Assembly: GCA_039190745.1 (NCBI GenBank) | Contig: JBCCXZ010000038.1 | Coordinates: 1 to 35,875, forward strand | Direction: 5' to 3' | Length of the DNA: 35,875 bases | DNA from: Planctomycetota bacterium | GTDB lineage: Bacteria; Planctomycetota; Planctomycetia; Pirellulales; Lacipirellulaceae | Shown: positions 11,201 through 17,946 of the stretch, one piece after another | Layout: every line of letters begins with the position of its first letter | Position numbering within the stretch: the stretch's first letter is position 1 | Notes under the pieces: generated by a model | The model's database searches: none | Told to the model about the DNA's origin: nothing | Seen by the model: only the letters and a program-made list of their open reading frames with translations | Position numbers and translations under genes: made by a program

Positions 11201-11641
11201 GACGTTGGCCGTGAGCGCGAGCTGATTGCCGTATAGCTGCGGCTGCTGGTCGGGCGCGGATTGGTTAGCACGCAAGCCCCAGAAACCGCCGGGCGCAGCC
11301 AAGACATTGAGGCCGCTAGAGCGGCGGAGATTTCCGTCCCGCTGCAGCGTCAAGGCGCCGCGGGTTAGGATCGCGGGGACGACAAGCGGCTGTTCGTTGG
11401 CTTCGAAACTCTGAGCGAGTTCTTTGCCGAGTTCGTCTCGGAACGGGCGGCCCGCGGTGAGCACGGAGTCGACTTGGCCGAGCCGGTCGAGCGCCAAGCC
11501 GCGGAGGCTGCCGCGGACGGAGTCGCCCACGACCAGCGCGCCGGTGATGACCGCGGTCGCGACTGCCACGCCCGCGGCCACTGCGAGGTGGACGCGGCGG
11601 TAGTGCCACAGGCTGGCGCGGATGAGCTGCCATGCGTTCAT
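8261..11641 (-). CDS. Large FtsX/MacB-like ABC transporter permease
   Basis: N-terminal TM (AVITGALVVGDS), two periplasmic domains and two FtsX-type TM blocks (R.KEFGLLGAAG; ERRGELALLRAVGF). ATG 11641 is supported by the promoter position. Confidence 0.85.
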   Translation of the reverse strand: MNAWQLIRASLWHYRRVHLAVAAGVAVATAVITGALVVGDSVRGSLRGLALDRLGQVDSVLTAGRPFRDELGKELAQSFEANEQPLVVPAILTRGALTLQRDGNLRRSSGLNVLAAPGGFWGLRANQSAPDQQPQLYGNQLALTANVAEELAVAVGDTVLLKIPRPGSSPAESVLGDKLDATASRRLEVAAVLPNDGLANFSVAPSQQRPRNVFVPLVVLQDVLDLPRRANALLIAGNGAGAASDSLRGALKPKLTDYGLTVEEETAADGGRVAVIASDRLVLPSHVVATAEKVFADSAPLPVVTYLANTIEAGGKSIPYSTVTGIESRPGLGPLLDKSGQPIPIAEDEVVLNDWAADALGVAVGDDVGLTYYEPETTHGRLEIAEPLRLKLKAVVPLQTADGAPARIAAATFTPTLPGVTDQDSINDWDLPFELVEPIGQADEDYWNDYRTTPKAFVSLPLARRLWQTRWGDVSLLRLPLAEGDSAEGIAARLAAELDPNELGMQLLPVKAQALQAASGTTPFEGLFLGFSFFLMASAVMLIVLLFRLGVDGRAKEFGLLGAAGLTPAKQLRYAGTEAAVVAAVGTLVGVPTGVAYARVMIYGLSTWWVEATVVPFLSLHTPPRSLLIGGAIGFAFGVAASLTSLRKLLKLPPGKLLAGTTEAVSGAKTAARVGRTLRTVLLAGAAALSVAAFTLEGEAQAGAFFGSGALVLAAMIAWLRAALRRPEDSSPTSFAARSLAAITARRNPGRTLLAVGLTSVACFLIVAISAFRLAPTEAGTGGFGLYATADLPIVYDPAAEAGREQLGLGNELGNLLADARVRGFRVHDGEDASCLNLYQTAQPTVLGVPESLAEGDRFGWASTAKLFKQHRSPWDLLGSDLGKDDRGEPVVPVVLDKNTAAYSLHLGGVGSRLTIRDAADNPVTLEVVALLAGSVLQGKLMVSDAWFVRLFPETAGRRLFLVDGQAAKLGELLEAELSDFGLDAIDANALLARFLAVQNTYLSTFQSLGGLGLLLGTVGLAIAQLRSVVERRGELALLRAVGFTRSQLGRLVLSENLVLLLVGLAFGCLAALAAVLPHAFTQEAAAPWGTLAVLLTLVAVSGVAASWLAVRTAVRAPLVPALRGD

Positions 11642-11648
11642 GCGGGGC

Positions 11649-11657
11649 ATTATGCCA
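11649..11657 (-). promoter_or_regulatory. Extended -10 element (TGGCATAAT), probable leaderless promoter of the permease
   Basis: TGn-CATAAT ends 7 nt before ATG 11641; no SD and no properly spaced -35. Confidence 0.5.
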
Positions 11658-11682
11658 AACGACGGCCCCGAGCCGCAGGCGC

Positions 11683-11718
11683 AAAAAAAAGGCCCAGCCC
11701 GCCGAAGCGGGCAGGGCC
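11683..11718 (-). terminator. Rho-independent terminator
   Basis: GGCCC-T-GCCCGC-TTCG-GCGGGC-T-GGGCC followed by T8 on the minus strand, with a C(UUCG)G tetraloop. It begins 24 nt after the TAG at 11743. Confidence 0.88.
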
Positions 11719-11742
11719 GGAGGCATCGCTAACGGCCCGCGG

Positions 11743-11994
11743 CTAGGCGGAGGCTTTGCAGCAGGGGCTGCCGCAGTCTTCGCCGCAGTCGCAGTCGTCG
11801 CATTCGCACACTTCGCAGTTGCAGTCGCTCTACGAGGCGGTGGGGCAGTCGCACTCCTCGCAGGCGCATTCAGGGCCGCAGCAGCAAGTCCCTTCGCTTG
11901 CGACACCGGCGGTTGAGGTACCGAGGTTTTGGAAGGCTAGCCCGGCAACGGCAACCAAAGTGAATAACGACAGAATCACGCGATAACGCTTCAT
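11743..11994 (-). CDS. Exported metallothionein-like Cys-rich peptide interrupted by an in-frame TAG (11830-11832): readthrough, recent nonsense allele or sequencing error
   Basis: MKRYRVILSLFTLVAVAGLAFQNLGTSTAGVASEGTCCCGPECACEECDCPTAS*SDCNCEVCECDDCDCGEDCGSPCCKASA*. GGGGAGA SD upstream, signal-peptide-like N-terminus, 7+9 Cys. Confidence 0.7.
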
Positions 11995-12102
11995 AGAAAC
12001 TATCTCCCCGGAGAGGCATTGTCTCCGAATGAAATGCTGAACCAATGAGAAAGCAAACGGTCGCGTTGAGGCCCGGCGCAATTGAAGCGCAGGGCGGCGC
12101 CG

Positions 12103-12591
12103 TTAGTTCAGCCACACGCAGAGCAGGGCGTGTCGGGAGAGGGCGTCGGGGATCTGCGTGATCCGACAGACGAGTGATTCGAGGCCCGTCGTGGGCAGCC
12201 ACGGGCGGAGCAGCGTTACGCTGGTTGCCGCAGTGGCCCGATCGATGCGTACGCTGACCGTAGTCGGCGGTTCGGTCGTTTCCCGGTCGGGCGCTGCGCA
12301 AGCACAATCGTCGCCGCAACCGCCGGCCGCGAGGCAGGGCAGGGGAGCGAGGCTCGTAGGGCAGACCGATTCGCTCTCGCAGCAGCTGGTAGTCTTGCTG
12401 CAACAAGAGGGCGTTGCCGCGGCCGGCTTCTTCGAGTTGCTGCAGCAGCCTCCGTCAGCAGCAGCCTCGGAGTCGCAGCAGGCGCAGCCCTCGCACGCGC
12501 AGACTCCCAGAGCGTCGGCCGGCACGGCGAGCGTGGTCACCGCCAGGAGGGCGGCGAAGCGGGCGAGCTGGTGAAGTCGTTGGGAGTACAT
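12103..12591 (-). CDS. Cys-rich exported protein / possible metal-sensing leader ORF
   Basis: 162 aa with a signal-peptide-like N-terminus, 18 Cys in CxC/CC clusters, a Thr/Pro-rich linker and C-terminal RHALLCVWLN. Confidence 0.65.
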   Translation of the reverse strand: MYSQRLHQLARFAALLAVTTLAVPADALGVCACEGCACCDSEAAADGGCCSNSKKPAAATPSCCSKTTSCCESESVCPTSLAPLPCLAAGGCGDDCACAAPDRETTEPPTTVSVRIDRATAATSVTLLRPWLPTTGLESLVCRITQIPDALSRHALLCVWLN

Positions 12592-12633
12592 AGGCGGAGC
12601 GCACGCATTGCGGAGAACTACTTCCTATACGCA

Positions 12634-12663
12634 AGAATACGGAACGGGGTCGGCCGGCCGCAA
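12634..12663 (-). promoter_or_regulatory. Possible sigma70-like promoter for the Cys-rich pair
   Basis: TTGCGG-N18-TATTCT about 40 nt upstream of ATG 12591. Confidence 0.3.
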
Positions 12664-12695
12664 GGGAATTTTTGGCCTGTCATACTGGGCCCTGC

Positions 12696-13970
12696 CTAGC
12701 TGACCGCTTTATCGGAGATATCCTTGCGACACCATGCCCCGTCCCAGCGGATGCACTTTACGGCGGTGTAGGCCCCGAGCTTGGCGGCGGAGATCGTGTC
12801 GCCGATGGCCGTGACGCCGAGCACGCGCCCGCCGCTGGTGACCACTTGCTCGCCCTTGAGCTTGGTTCCGGCGTGAAAGACTTTCACGTCCTCAACCTGG
12901 CCCGCGTCTGCCAAGCCGCGGATGGGGTGACCGGTGGTGTAGCGGCCCGGGTAGCCTTCGCTGGCCATGACGACGCAGACGGCCGGGCGCGGGTCCCACT
13001 CAAGCGGCTGGAGCTGATTGAGCCGCCCCTCCGCGGTCGCGAGCATCAGTTCAACCAGGTCGCTCTTCAGGCGCATCAGCAGGGGCTGGCACTCGGGGTC
13101 GCCGAAGCGGACGTTGTACTCCAGCACGCGGGGGCCACTCTTGGTGAGCATCAGCCCCGCGTACAGCACGCCGCGGAACGGCCGGCGGGCGCGCTTCATA
13201 TGGTGGACTGTCGGAACGAGCACCGTTTCTTCGATCGTGGCGAGCAAGCTGTCGGTGGCGAAAGGTGTCGGCGAGTAAGCCCCCATGCCGCCGGTGTTGG
13301 GGCCGGTGTCGCCGTCGTGGGCGGGCTTGTGGTCCTGAGCGGCGGGCAGCGTGACGATGGTCTTGCCGTCGGTCACGGCGAGTACGCTCACCTCTTGGCC
13401 GGAGAGCCGTTCTTCAATGACCAGCTTGTTGCCGGCGTCGCCGAACTCCCGGTCGCCGGCGATCCGCGCGACCGCCTCGAGCGCTTCCTCACGGTTGTCG
13501 CAAACGACAACGCCCTTGCCAGCGGCCAAGCCATCGGCCTTTACCACCACCGACGCGTCGTCACGCTCGGTGAGGTAGACCGACGCTTCGCGGGCATCGA
13601 GGAAGGTGCGGAACTCGGCGCTGGGCACGTCGGCGTGGCGGAGCAGGTTCTTGCAGAAGACCTTGCTGGCTTCGAGTTCTGCCGCTTGCTCGCTCGGGCC
13701 GAAGGCGGGGATGCCGGCTTCGGTCATCCGGTCGGCGAGCCCAGCCGCGAGCGGTGCCTCGGGGCCCACCACGGCGAGCCCGACCTGATTCTGGCGGGCA
13801 AACTCGACCAAAGCGGGCAGGTCGCTGTCGGGGATGTCGACGTTCTCCGCGTCGGAACCGGTGCCAGCATTGCCCGGGGCAACAAAAACCCGCTTGGCAA
13901 GCGGGCTCTGCGAGGCTTTCCACGCTAGAGCGTGCTCACGCCCGCCGCCGCCCACAACAAGGATGTTCAT
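12696..13970 (-). CDS. purD: Phosphoribosylamine--glycine ligase
   Basis: GGGGREHAL, APGNAG, GPEAPL, KADGLAAGKGV, QDHK...GPNTGGMGAY, EYNVRFGDPE, GGRVL. Confidence 0.98.
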   Translation of the reverse strand: MNILVVGGGGREHALAWKASQSPLAKRVFVAPGNAGTGSDAENVDIPDSDLPALVEFARQNQVGLAVVGPEAPLAAGLADRMTEAGIPAFGPSEQAAELEASKVFCKNLLRHADVPSAEFRTFLDAREASVYLTERDDASVVVKADGLAAGKGVVVCDNREEALEAVARIAGDREFGDAGNKLVIEERLSGQEVSVLAVTDGKTIVTLPAAQDHKPAHDGDTGPNTGGMGAYSPTPFATDSLLATIEETVLVPTVHHMKRARRPFRGVLYAGLMLTKSGPRVLEYNVRFGDPECQPLLMRLKSDLVELMLATAEGRLNQLQPLEWDPRPAVCVVMASEGYPGRYTTGHPIRGLADAGQVEDVKVFHAGTKLKGEQVVTSGGRVLGVTAIGDTISAAKLGAYTAVKCIRWDGAWCRKDISDKAVS

Positions 13971-14200
13971 CGGTCCTTCGTTTCTTCGGTTTCTGTTGAT
14001 GACGGCTAGGGCAACGAGCTATGCCAGATCGCTCCACACTCCGTCGGCGGTTGGACGATCTTTTGCTTCGGCCCGGAGCAGATTCTAGAGTGGTTCGGCG
14101 TCGACGCGGTAGGACGCAAGCAATGCCGGCGACAGGTGAGAGCGCGGGCTGTGGATGATTCTCAAGCCGAAAGAGGCATTGCCGACTAGGCGGTCCGTGC

Positions 14201-14230
14201 TTGACATTAGGGTGACGGGTTCGTAGATAT
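14201..14230 (+). promoter_or_regulatory. Probable promoter of the respiratory cluster
   Basis: Perfect TTGACA at 14201-14206 and, 17 nt later, an imperfect -10 (TAGATAT) in an AT-rich patch. Confidence 0.45.
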
Positions 14231-14242
14231 TAACAAGGCACT

Positions 14243-14260
14243 TTGTGAAAATTGTCACAA
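14243..14260. promoter_or_regulatory. Rex-like (or CRP-family) operator palindrome TTGTGAAAATTGTCACAA
   Basis: One mismatch to Rex consensus TTGTGAA-N4-TTCACAA and an exact TGTGA-N6-TCACA core; lies just downstream of the putative -10. Confidence 0.65.
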
Positions 14261-14417
14261 TCTCCCGCAACCGGTTGTCGGTGGACCGAAACCAGATGCG
14301 GCATGTTCTCCCAAGTGAACTGCTGGACAAGACTTAGGACTTGGTATCAAATTGGCTCCGCACATGAGGGCTCCGCGAGGTCCTGTTCAGTGCTGGCACG
14401 CAATTGAGGTGTGGTGA

Positions 14418-15500
14418 ATGGCTGATCGGCCGAAAATGTCCGTAGCTGAGATGCTGGCCGCAGCCCGCAAGGCCGATGGCGACGGCAGCGGCGAGGCAGA
14501 ACCGGCGGCAGAGCCAGTGGAAGACTCGACGCCTGCCGAAGAGGCTGCCCCGGTTCAGGACGACGGCGGCTCCGAAGCCGCGGCCGGCTCGGGCGACGCC
14601 CCGGCAAAGATTGCGATGCCTGGCTCGGCAGATCGCCCGAGCGTTTCCGACATCTTGGCGATGGCCCGCTCTGGCAAGAGCGGCGGGGAAAAGGAAAAGC
14701 CCAAACCCAAGCCGAAGGCCGCCGCCAAGAAGGCCGCCCCCGCGGCCGCGAAGCCTGCCGCGAAAGCCGGCGACTCTGCCCCCAAAGATACCGCACCCAA
14801 GGACACCGCAAGCATCCTCGCCGCCGCGCGTGGGGCCTCGAAGGCCGGCCCGATGAGCAAGGCCGAGGCCGCCGCTAAGGCGAAGGCTTCTCCGAAAGAA
14901 AAGGCGAAGCTCGTCGCCCCGCCGATGCCGGAGAAGCCGGATTACGCCAAGCCGAAGACAGAGCAGGCCGCCAAGCCCGCGGGCAAGGCGAAGGCCAAGG
15001 GCGGCGGCAAGACCGAAGAGCGGCGCGACTTCTTGTGGATCGGCATGGGGCTGCTCGGCGTCTTCAGCGGTCTTTGGTCGTTGATGTTGCTCCGCTTCTT
15101 GTTCCCCAATGTGCTGCGTGAGCCGCCGAGCAAATTCAAGGTCGGCTTCCCGGATGCGTTCGCGGCGGGCACGGTCGCGACCAAGTTCAAAGCGCAGTAC
15201 GGCGTGTGGGTGGTGAACTCCGAATACAACGGCGAGCCGCAGCTTGTGGCATTGAAGACGGTTTGCACGCACCTAGGCTGCACGCCGAGCTGGCTTGAGG
15301 CCGAACAGAAATACAAATGTCCCTGCCACGGCAGCGGCTTCTACAAAGACGGGATCAATTTTGAGGGCCCCGCGCCGCGTCCGCTCGAGCGGTACGCAAT
15401 CCGCGTGGCGGACGACGGTCAGGTCGAGATCGACAAGAGCCGGACGTTCCAAGAGGAAATGGGCCAGTGGGCCGACCAGGCCTGCTACATCCCGGTCTAG
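14418..15500 (+). CDS. qcrA: Rieske 2Fe-2S subunit of a Rieske/cytochrome b complex with a ~200-aa low-complexity N-terminal extension
   Basis: CTHLGC and CPCHGS boxes, GPAPRPL, and an internal twin-arginine motif ERRDFL followed by a TM helix. Confidence 0.92.
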   Translation: MADRPKMSVAEMLAAARKADGDGSGEAEPAAEPVEDSTPAEEAAPVQDDGGSEAAAGSGDAPAKIAMPGSADRPSVSDILAMARSGKSGGEKEKPKPKPKAAAKKAAPAAAKPAAKAGDSAPKDTAPKDTASILAAARGASKAGPMSKAEAAAKAKASPKEKAKLVAPPMPEKPDYAKPKTEQAAKPAGKAKAKGGGKTEERRDFLWIGMGLLGVFSGLWSLMLLRFLFPNVLREPPSKFKVGFPDAFAAGTVATKFKAQYGVWVVNSEYNGEPQLVALKTVCTHLGCTPSWLEAEQKYKCPCHGSGFYKDGINFEGPAPRPLERYAIRVADDGQVEIDKSRTFQEEMGQWADQACYIPV

Positions 15501-15601
15501 ACAGCACCCCGGCCTAACCGGCTTCGAGACAACAAGAAACGGCGGGCTCCCGCAAGAGTCTTTCACCCACTCCCCACACCCGCGACAGCCACCGACGCAA
15601 C

Positions 15602-16378
15602 ATGGCCTCCCTCGGCGAGATCGTCCGCGAATCCCAGATCTGGAAGAGCATCATCCGGCACCCGATGCCCGTCGACCGACGGAACCGGATCGTGGTGATG
15701 CTCACGAACTTCTTCCTGCACCTCCACCCGGTGTCGATCAAGAAGCAGGGCATCGCGCTCTCTTACACTTGGTGCATGGGCGGGGTGACGTTCTTCCTGT
15801 TCCTGGTGGAAACGGTCACCGGCGTGCTGTTGATGTTCTACTACCGCCCAACGGTCGAATGGGCGTTCACCGATATCCAGATGCTGAGGGACGTGCATTC
15901 CTTAGGCATCCTCCGCGAGATCCACCGCTGGGGCGCCCACGCGATGGTGATCACGGTCTGGCTGCATATGTACCGGGTGTTCCTCACCGGCAGCTACAAG
16001 CCGCCGCGGGAGTTCAACTGGGTGGTTGGCGTGTTCCTGCTGCTGCTCACGCTGCTGCTGTCGTTTACCGGCTACCTGCTGCCGTGGGACCAATTGGCGG
16101 TGTGGGCGATCACGGTGGGCTCGAACATGGCCCGCGCCACTCCGGTGCTGGGGCACGAAGGCCCGGGGCAGCAGCTGCTGTCACTCGGCGGGGTGGACAT
16201 GATTACCAACGCTTCCGACGCCCGCTTCGCGCTGCTGGCTGCACGCGAGGTCGGCGAGGAGACGCTCAACCGGTTTTACATTTTGCACTGCATCGCGATC
16301 CCGCTGGGGGTCGCGCTGCTGCTAGCGATCCACTTCTGGCGGGTCCGCAAAGACGGCGGCATCAGTGGGCCGCTGTAG
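15602..16378 (+). CDS. qcrB: Cytochrome b, N-terminal (b6-like, split) subunit
   Basis: HRWGAH...WLH heme ligands, [15 protein letters not shown]-x14-H in helix D, WCMGG and C-terminal GISGPL as in cytochrome b6. Confidence 0.93.
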   Translation: MASLGEIVRESQIWKSIIRHPMPVDRRNRIVVMLTNFFLHLHPVSIKKQGIALSYTWCMGGVTFFLFLVETVTGVLLMFYYRPTVEWAFTDIQMLRDVHSLGILREIHRWGAHAMVITVWLHMYRVFLTGSYKPPREFNWVVGVFLLLLTLLLSFTGYLLPWDQLAVWAITVGSNMARATPVLGHEGPGQQLLSLGGVDMITNASDARFALLAAREVGEETLNRFYILHCIAIPLGVALLLAIHFWRVRKDGGISGPL

Positions 16379-16453
16379 GGCTGAACAACGATTCCAAGCG
16401 GCCGCAAGTCCGCACGATCCTCGTCGATCCGCACAACACGTCAACGCAATCCT

Positions 16454-17833
16454 ATGACTCACGGACTCACGGACGCACAGTTCCTGGAGATGGTCGCGGG
16501 CTTTCTTGGCCCGTTCTACATCTCATTGGCGTTGATGAACGGCGTGGCGGCCCTGTACCTGTGGCAGAGCGGCCAGCTCAAGACCTGGTTCCGCCTGGGG
16601 CTGCCCGGCGGCAAGGGCTTCGACTTCACCAACGCGGTCGGTTGGACGTTCGTGGCGGGCCTCTTCATGATCCTCGCCCCGTTCGCTTGGAGCCAGAGCG
16701 AGTGGTGGATGCCGTCGATGCCCGAGTCGGCGATGAACCTGATCGACCAGAGCACCGGGCCGGTCATCTACAGTGTGGGCACCACCCTCGGCTTGGTCGT
16801 GCTCTACCTCTTCCGGTCGTTCTTCGTGATCCCCGCGGTCGCCTGGACGATCTGGAACTTAATGTGGTTGTTCCTCGGCCTGTCGATGACCGACCGCGAC
16901 TTCTTCGAGATCGTCGCGAAGCCGGACAACGTGCCGATCGTGATGCTCGTGTTCCTGCTCGCCTTCTTCACCTGGCTGGCCACGTTCCGTGCGGTCGAGA
17001 ACGACCGCCGGAAAGAGCGTGGCGAGCCGCCGCTGGAAAAGCTGGACGACGAGAAGGTGCTGGTGTGGCCCGACTTGGTCTACACCGAGATGATCTGCAT
17101 GATCGGCCTGACCGCCTTTCTCATCTTCTGGGCAATCCTGCTGCCCGCTCCGCTGGAAGAACCGGCCAGCAGCGTGAAGACGCCGAACCCCTCGAAGGCG
17201 CCGTGGTACTTCCTCGGGCTGCAAGAGATGCTCGTGTACTACGACCCGTGGATGGCGGGCGTGGTGCTGCCAACCATGATCGTGGTGGGGCTGATGGCGA
17301 TTCCCTACATCGACTTCAACAAAGCGGGCAACGGCTACTACACGATCAAGGAACGCAAGTTCAGCTACATCGTTTGGCAAATCGGTTTCCTCGAGATGTG
17401 GGTAACCCTCATCGTGCTGGGCACACTGTTGCGGGGGCCCAACTGGAACTTCTTCGGCCCGTACGAGTATTGGGACGCCCACAAGGTGGAGGCCCTGAAC
17501 AACGTCAATCTCGCTGAGTATTTCTGGGAGAGGCTCCTCGGCATGAGCCTGCCTGTGGCGCCGCCCGACAGCAGCCAGTTAATACAATTGGGTTACATCC
17601 TGCTGCGTGAGTCCGTCGGTATCGTGCTGGTGCTCGGTTACTTCATCGCTCTGCCGCCGCTGATGGCGCTGACGGTGTTCCGCGGTTATTACAAGAAGAT
17701 GGGCTTTATCCGCTTCATGGTGCTCGCGAACTTGATCCTTTTTATGGCCTCGCTGCCCATCAAGATGGTGCTGCGGTGGGTCGTGAACCTGAAGTACCTG
17801 ATTTACATCCCCGAATACTTCCTGAACTTCTAG
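16454..17833 (+). CDS. Cytochrome b C-terminal / subunit IV-like protein, enlarged with extra TM helices
   Basis: VWPDL...PLEEPA...TPNPSKAPWYFL (position of the PEWY motif) and AIPYID; 459 aa. Confidence 0.85.
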   Translation: MTHGLTDAQFLEMVAGFLGPFYISLALMNGVAALYLWQSGQLKTWFRLGLPGGKGFDFTNAVGWTFVAGLFMILAPFAWSQSEWWMPSMPESAMNLIDQSTGPVIYSVGTTLGLVVLYLFRSFFVIPAVAWTIWNLMWLFLGLSMTDRDFFEIVAKPDNVPIVMLVFLLAFFTWLATFRAVENDRRKERGEPPLEKLDDEKVLVWPDLVYTEMICMIGLTAFLIFWAILLPAPLEEPASSVKTPNPSKAPWYFLGLQEMLVYYDPWMAGVVLPTMIVVGLMAIPYIDFNKAGNGYYTIKERKFSYIVWQIGFLEMWVTLIVLGTLLRGPNWNFFGPYEYWDAHKVEALNNVNLAEYFWERLLGMSLPVAPPDSSQLIQLGYILLRESVGIVLVLGYFIALPPLMALTVFRGYYKKMGFIRFMVLANLILFMASLPIKMVLRWVVNLKYLIYIPEYFLNF

Positions 17834-17946
17834 GAGTTCCCTGAGTTCAAGCTGCCGTAGGGCCTCGCAACCCACGTTGACAGTTCCACGCTAGCCACGG
17901 CCGCGAGCCGCGGCGGCGACCGTTTCACTTCCGACGCCTTCCAAAC

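Noticed and set aside
11830..11832. Selenocysteine or pyrrolysine at the internal stop
   Set aside because: The codon is UAG, not UGA; no SECIS-like hairpin follows; no pyl genes are in the window; and TAG terminates many other genes here.
11770..11885. GCAGTC-type short repeats as a CRISPR or tandem repeat
   Set aside because: They are the antisense of repeated Asp-Cys codons (GAC TGC) in the Cys-rich gene; there is no repeat-spacer periodicity.
14335..14352. FNR box near TATCAA upstream of qcrA
   Set aside because: Only the ATCAA half-site is present; there is no TTGAT at the right spacing.
17831..17860. Readthrough of the subunit IV TAG (…LNF*EFPEFKLP*)
   Set aside because: Only 8 codons with no motif; expected by chance.
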